Part shown: in pieces, positions 63,895-64,000 of the stretch
How positions within the stretch are numbered: the stretch's first letter is position 1
How the letters are laid out: every line of letters starts with the position of its first letter
Source: Trichosphaerium sp. ATCC 40318
Taxonomy: Eukaryota; Protista; Tubulinea
DNA: 64,000 bases
NCBI GenBank assembly: GCA_038496445.1
Contig: JALMLS010000232.1
Span: forward strand, 186,001-250,000
Direction: 5' to 3'
Made by a program: the position numbers and the translations under genes
Notes under the pieces: model-generated
What the model was told of the DNA's origin: nothing
Seen by the model: only the letters and a program-made list of their open reading frames with translations
The model's database searches: none

Positions 63895-64000
63895 CCTGTG
63901 TAGAACGGAGTTTTTTGATAAATAAGTCGTCTAATGCCGTTAAGTTCATTTGAGAAAAATGGTATAATCGGCACTTGTAAAACCCCGATTGCGAAATTTC

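Noticed and set aside
1-64000. Alternative genetic code or stop-codon readthrough suggested by fragmented ORFs
   Set aside because: In the conserved genes examined, stops fall inside introns with recognisable splice sites and frames rejoin under the standard code.

Overview
AT-rich, gene-dense eukaryotic nuclear DNA with many short spliceosomal introns (about 35-180 nt, donors often GTACGT/GTATGT/GTAAGT). It is most likely an amoeboid protist (inference from intron style and gene families). The ORF track shows only exon fragments, so gene models were rebuilt by hand and outer boundaries are approximate. About 25 genes are present. They include HisRS (3' part), several secreted or membrane Pro/Thr-rich proteins, a trypsin-like/VWD/EGF protein, two F-box-like+MORN paralogs, a class IV sirtuin, an FtsX/MacB-like permease, an ST7-like/ankyrin/TPR protein, a VPS10/sortilin receptor, a HAD 5'-nucleotidase, DDX55/Spb4, telomerase reverse transcriptase (TERT), an RRM protein, a protein with a PHF5-like Zn module, and a GNAT. 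Best leads: (1) TERT carries three apparent minor-spliceosome (U12-type) introns plus two GC-AG introns and has E2F-like sites at its start, while no other gene here showed a clear U12 intron; (2) an unexplained ~300 nt multibranch, possibly pseudoknotted, RNA-like structure at 8.9-9.2 kb; (3) strong window-wide enrichment of CACGTG, often in introns; (4) intron-poor, virus/bacteria-like F-box-MORN genes. No rRNA, tRNA, CRISPR array or recognisable transposon was seen.
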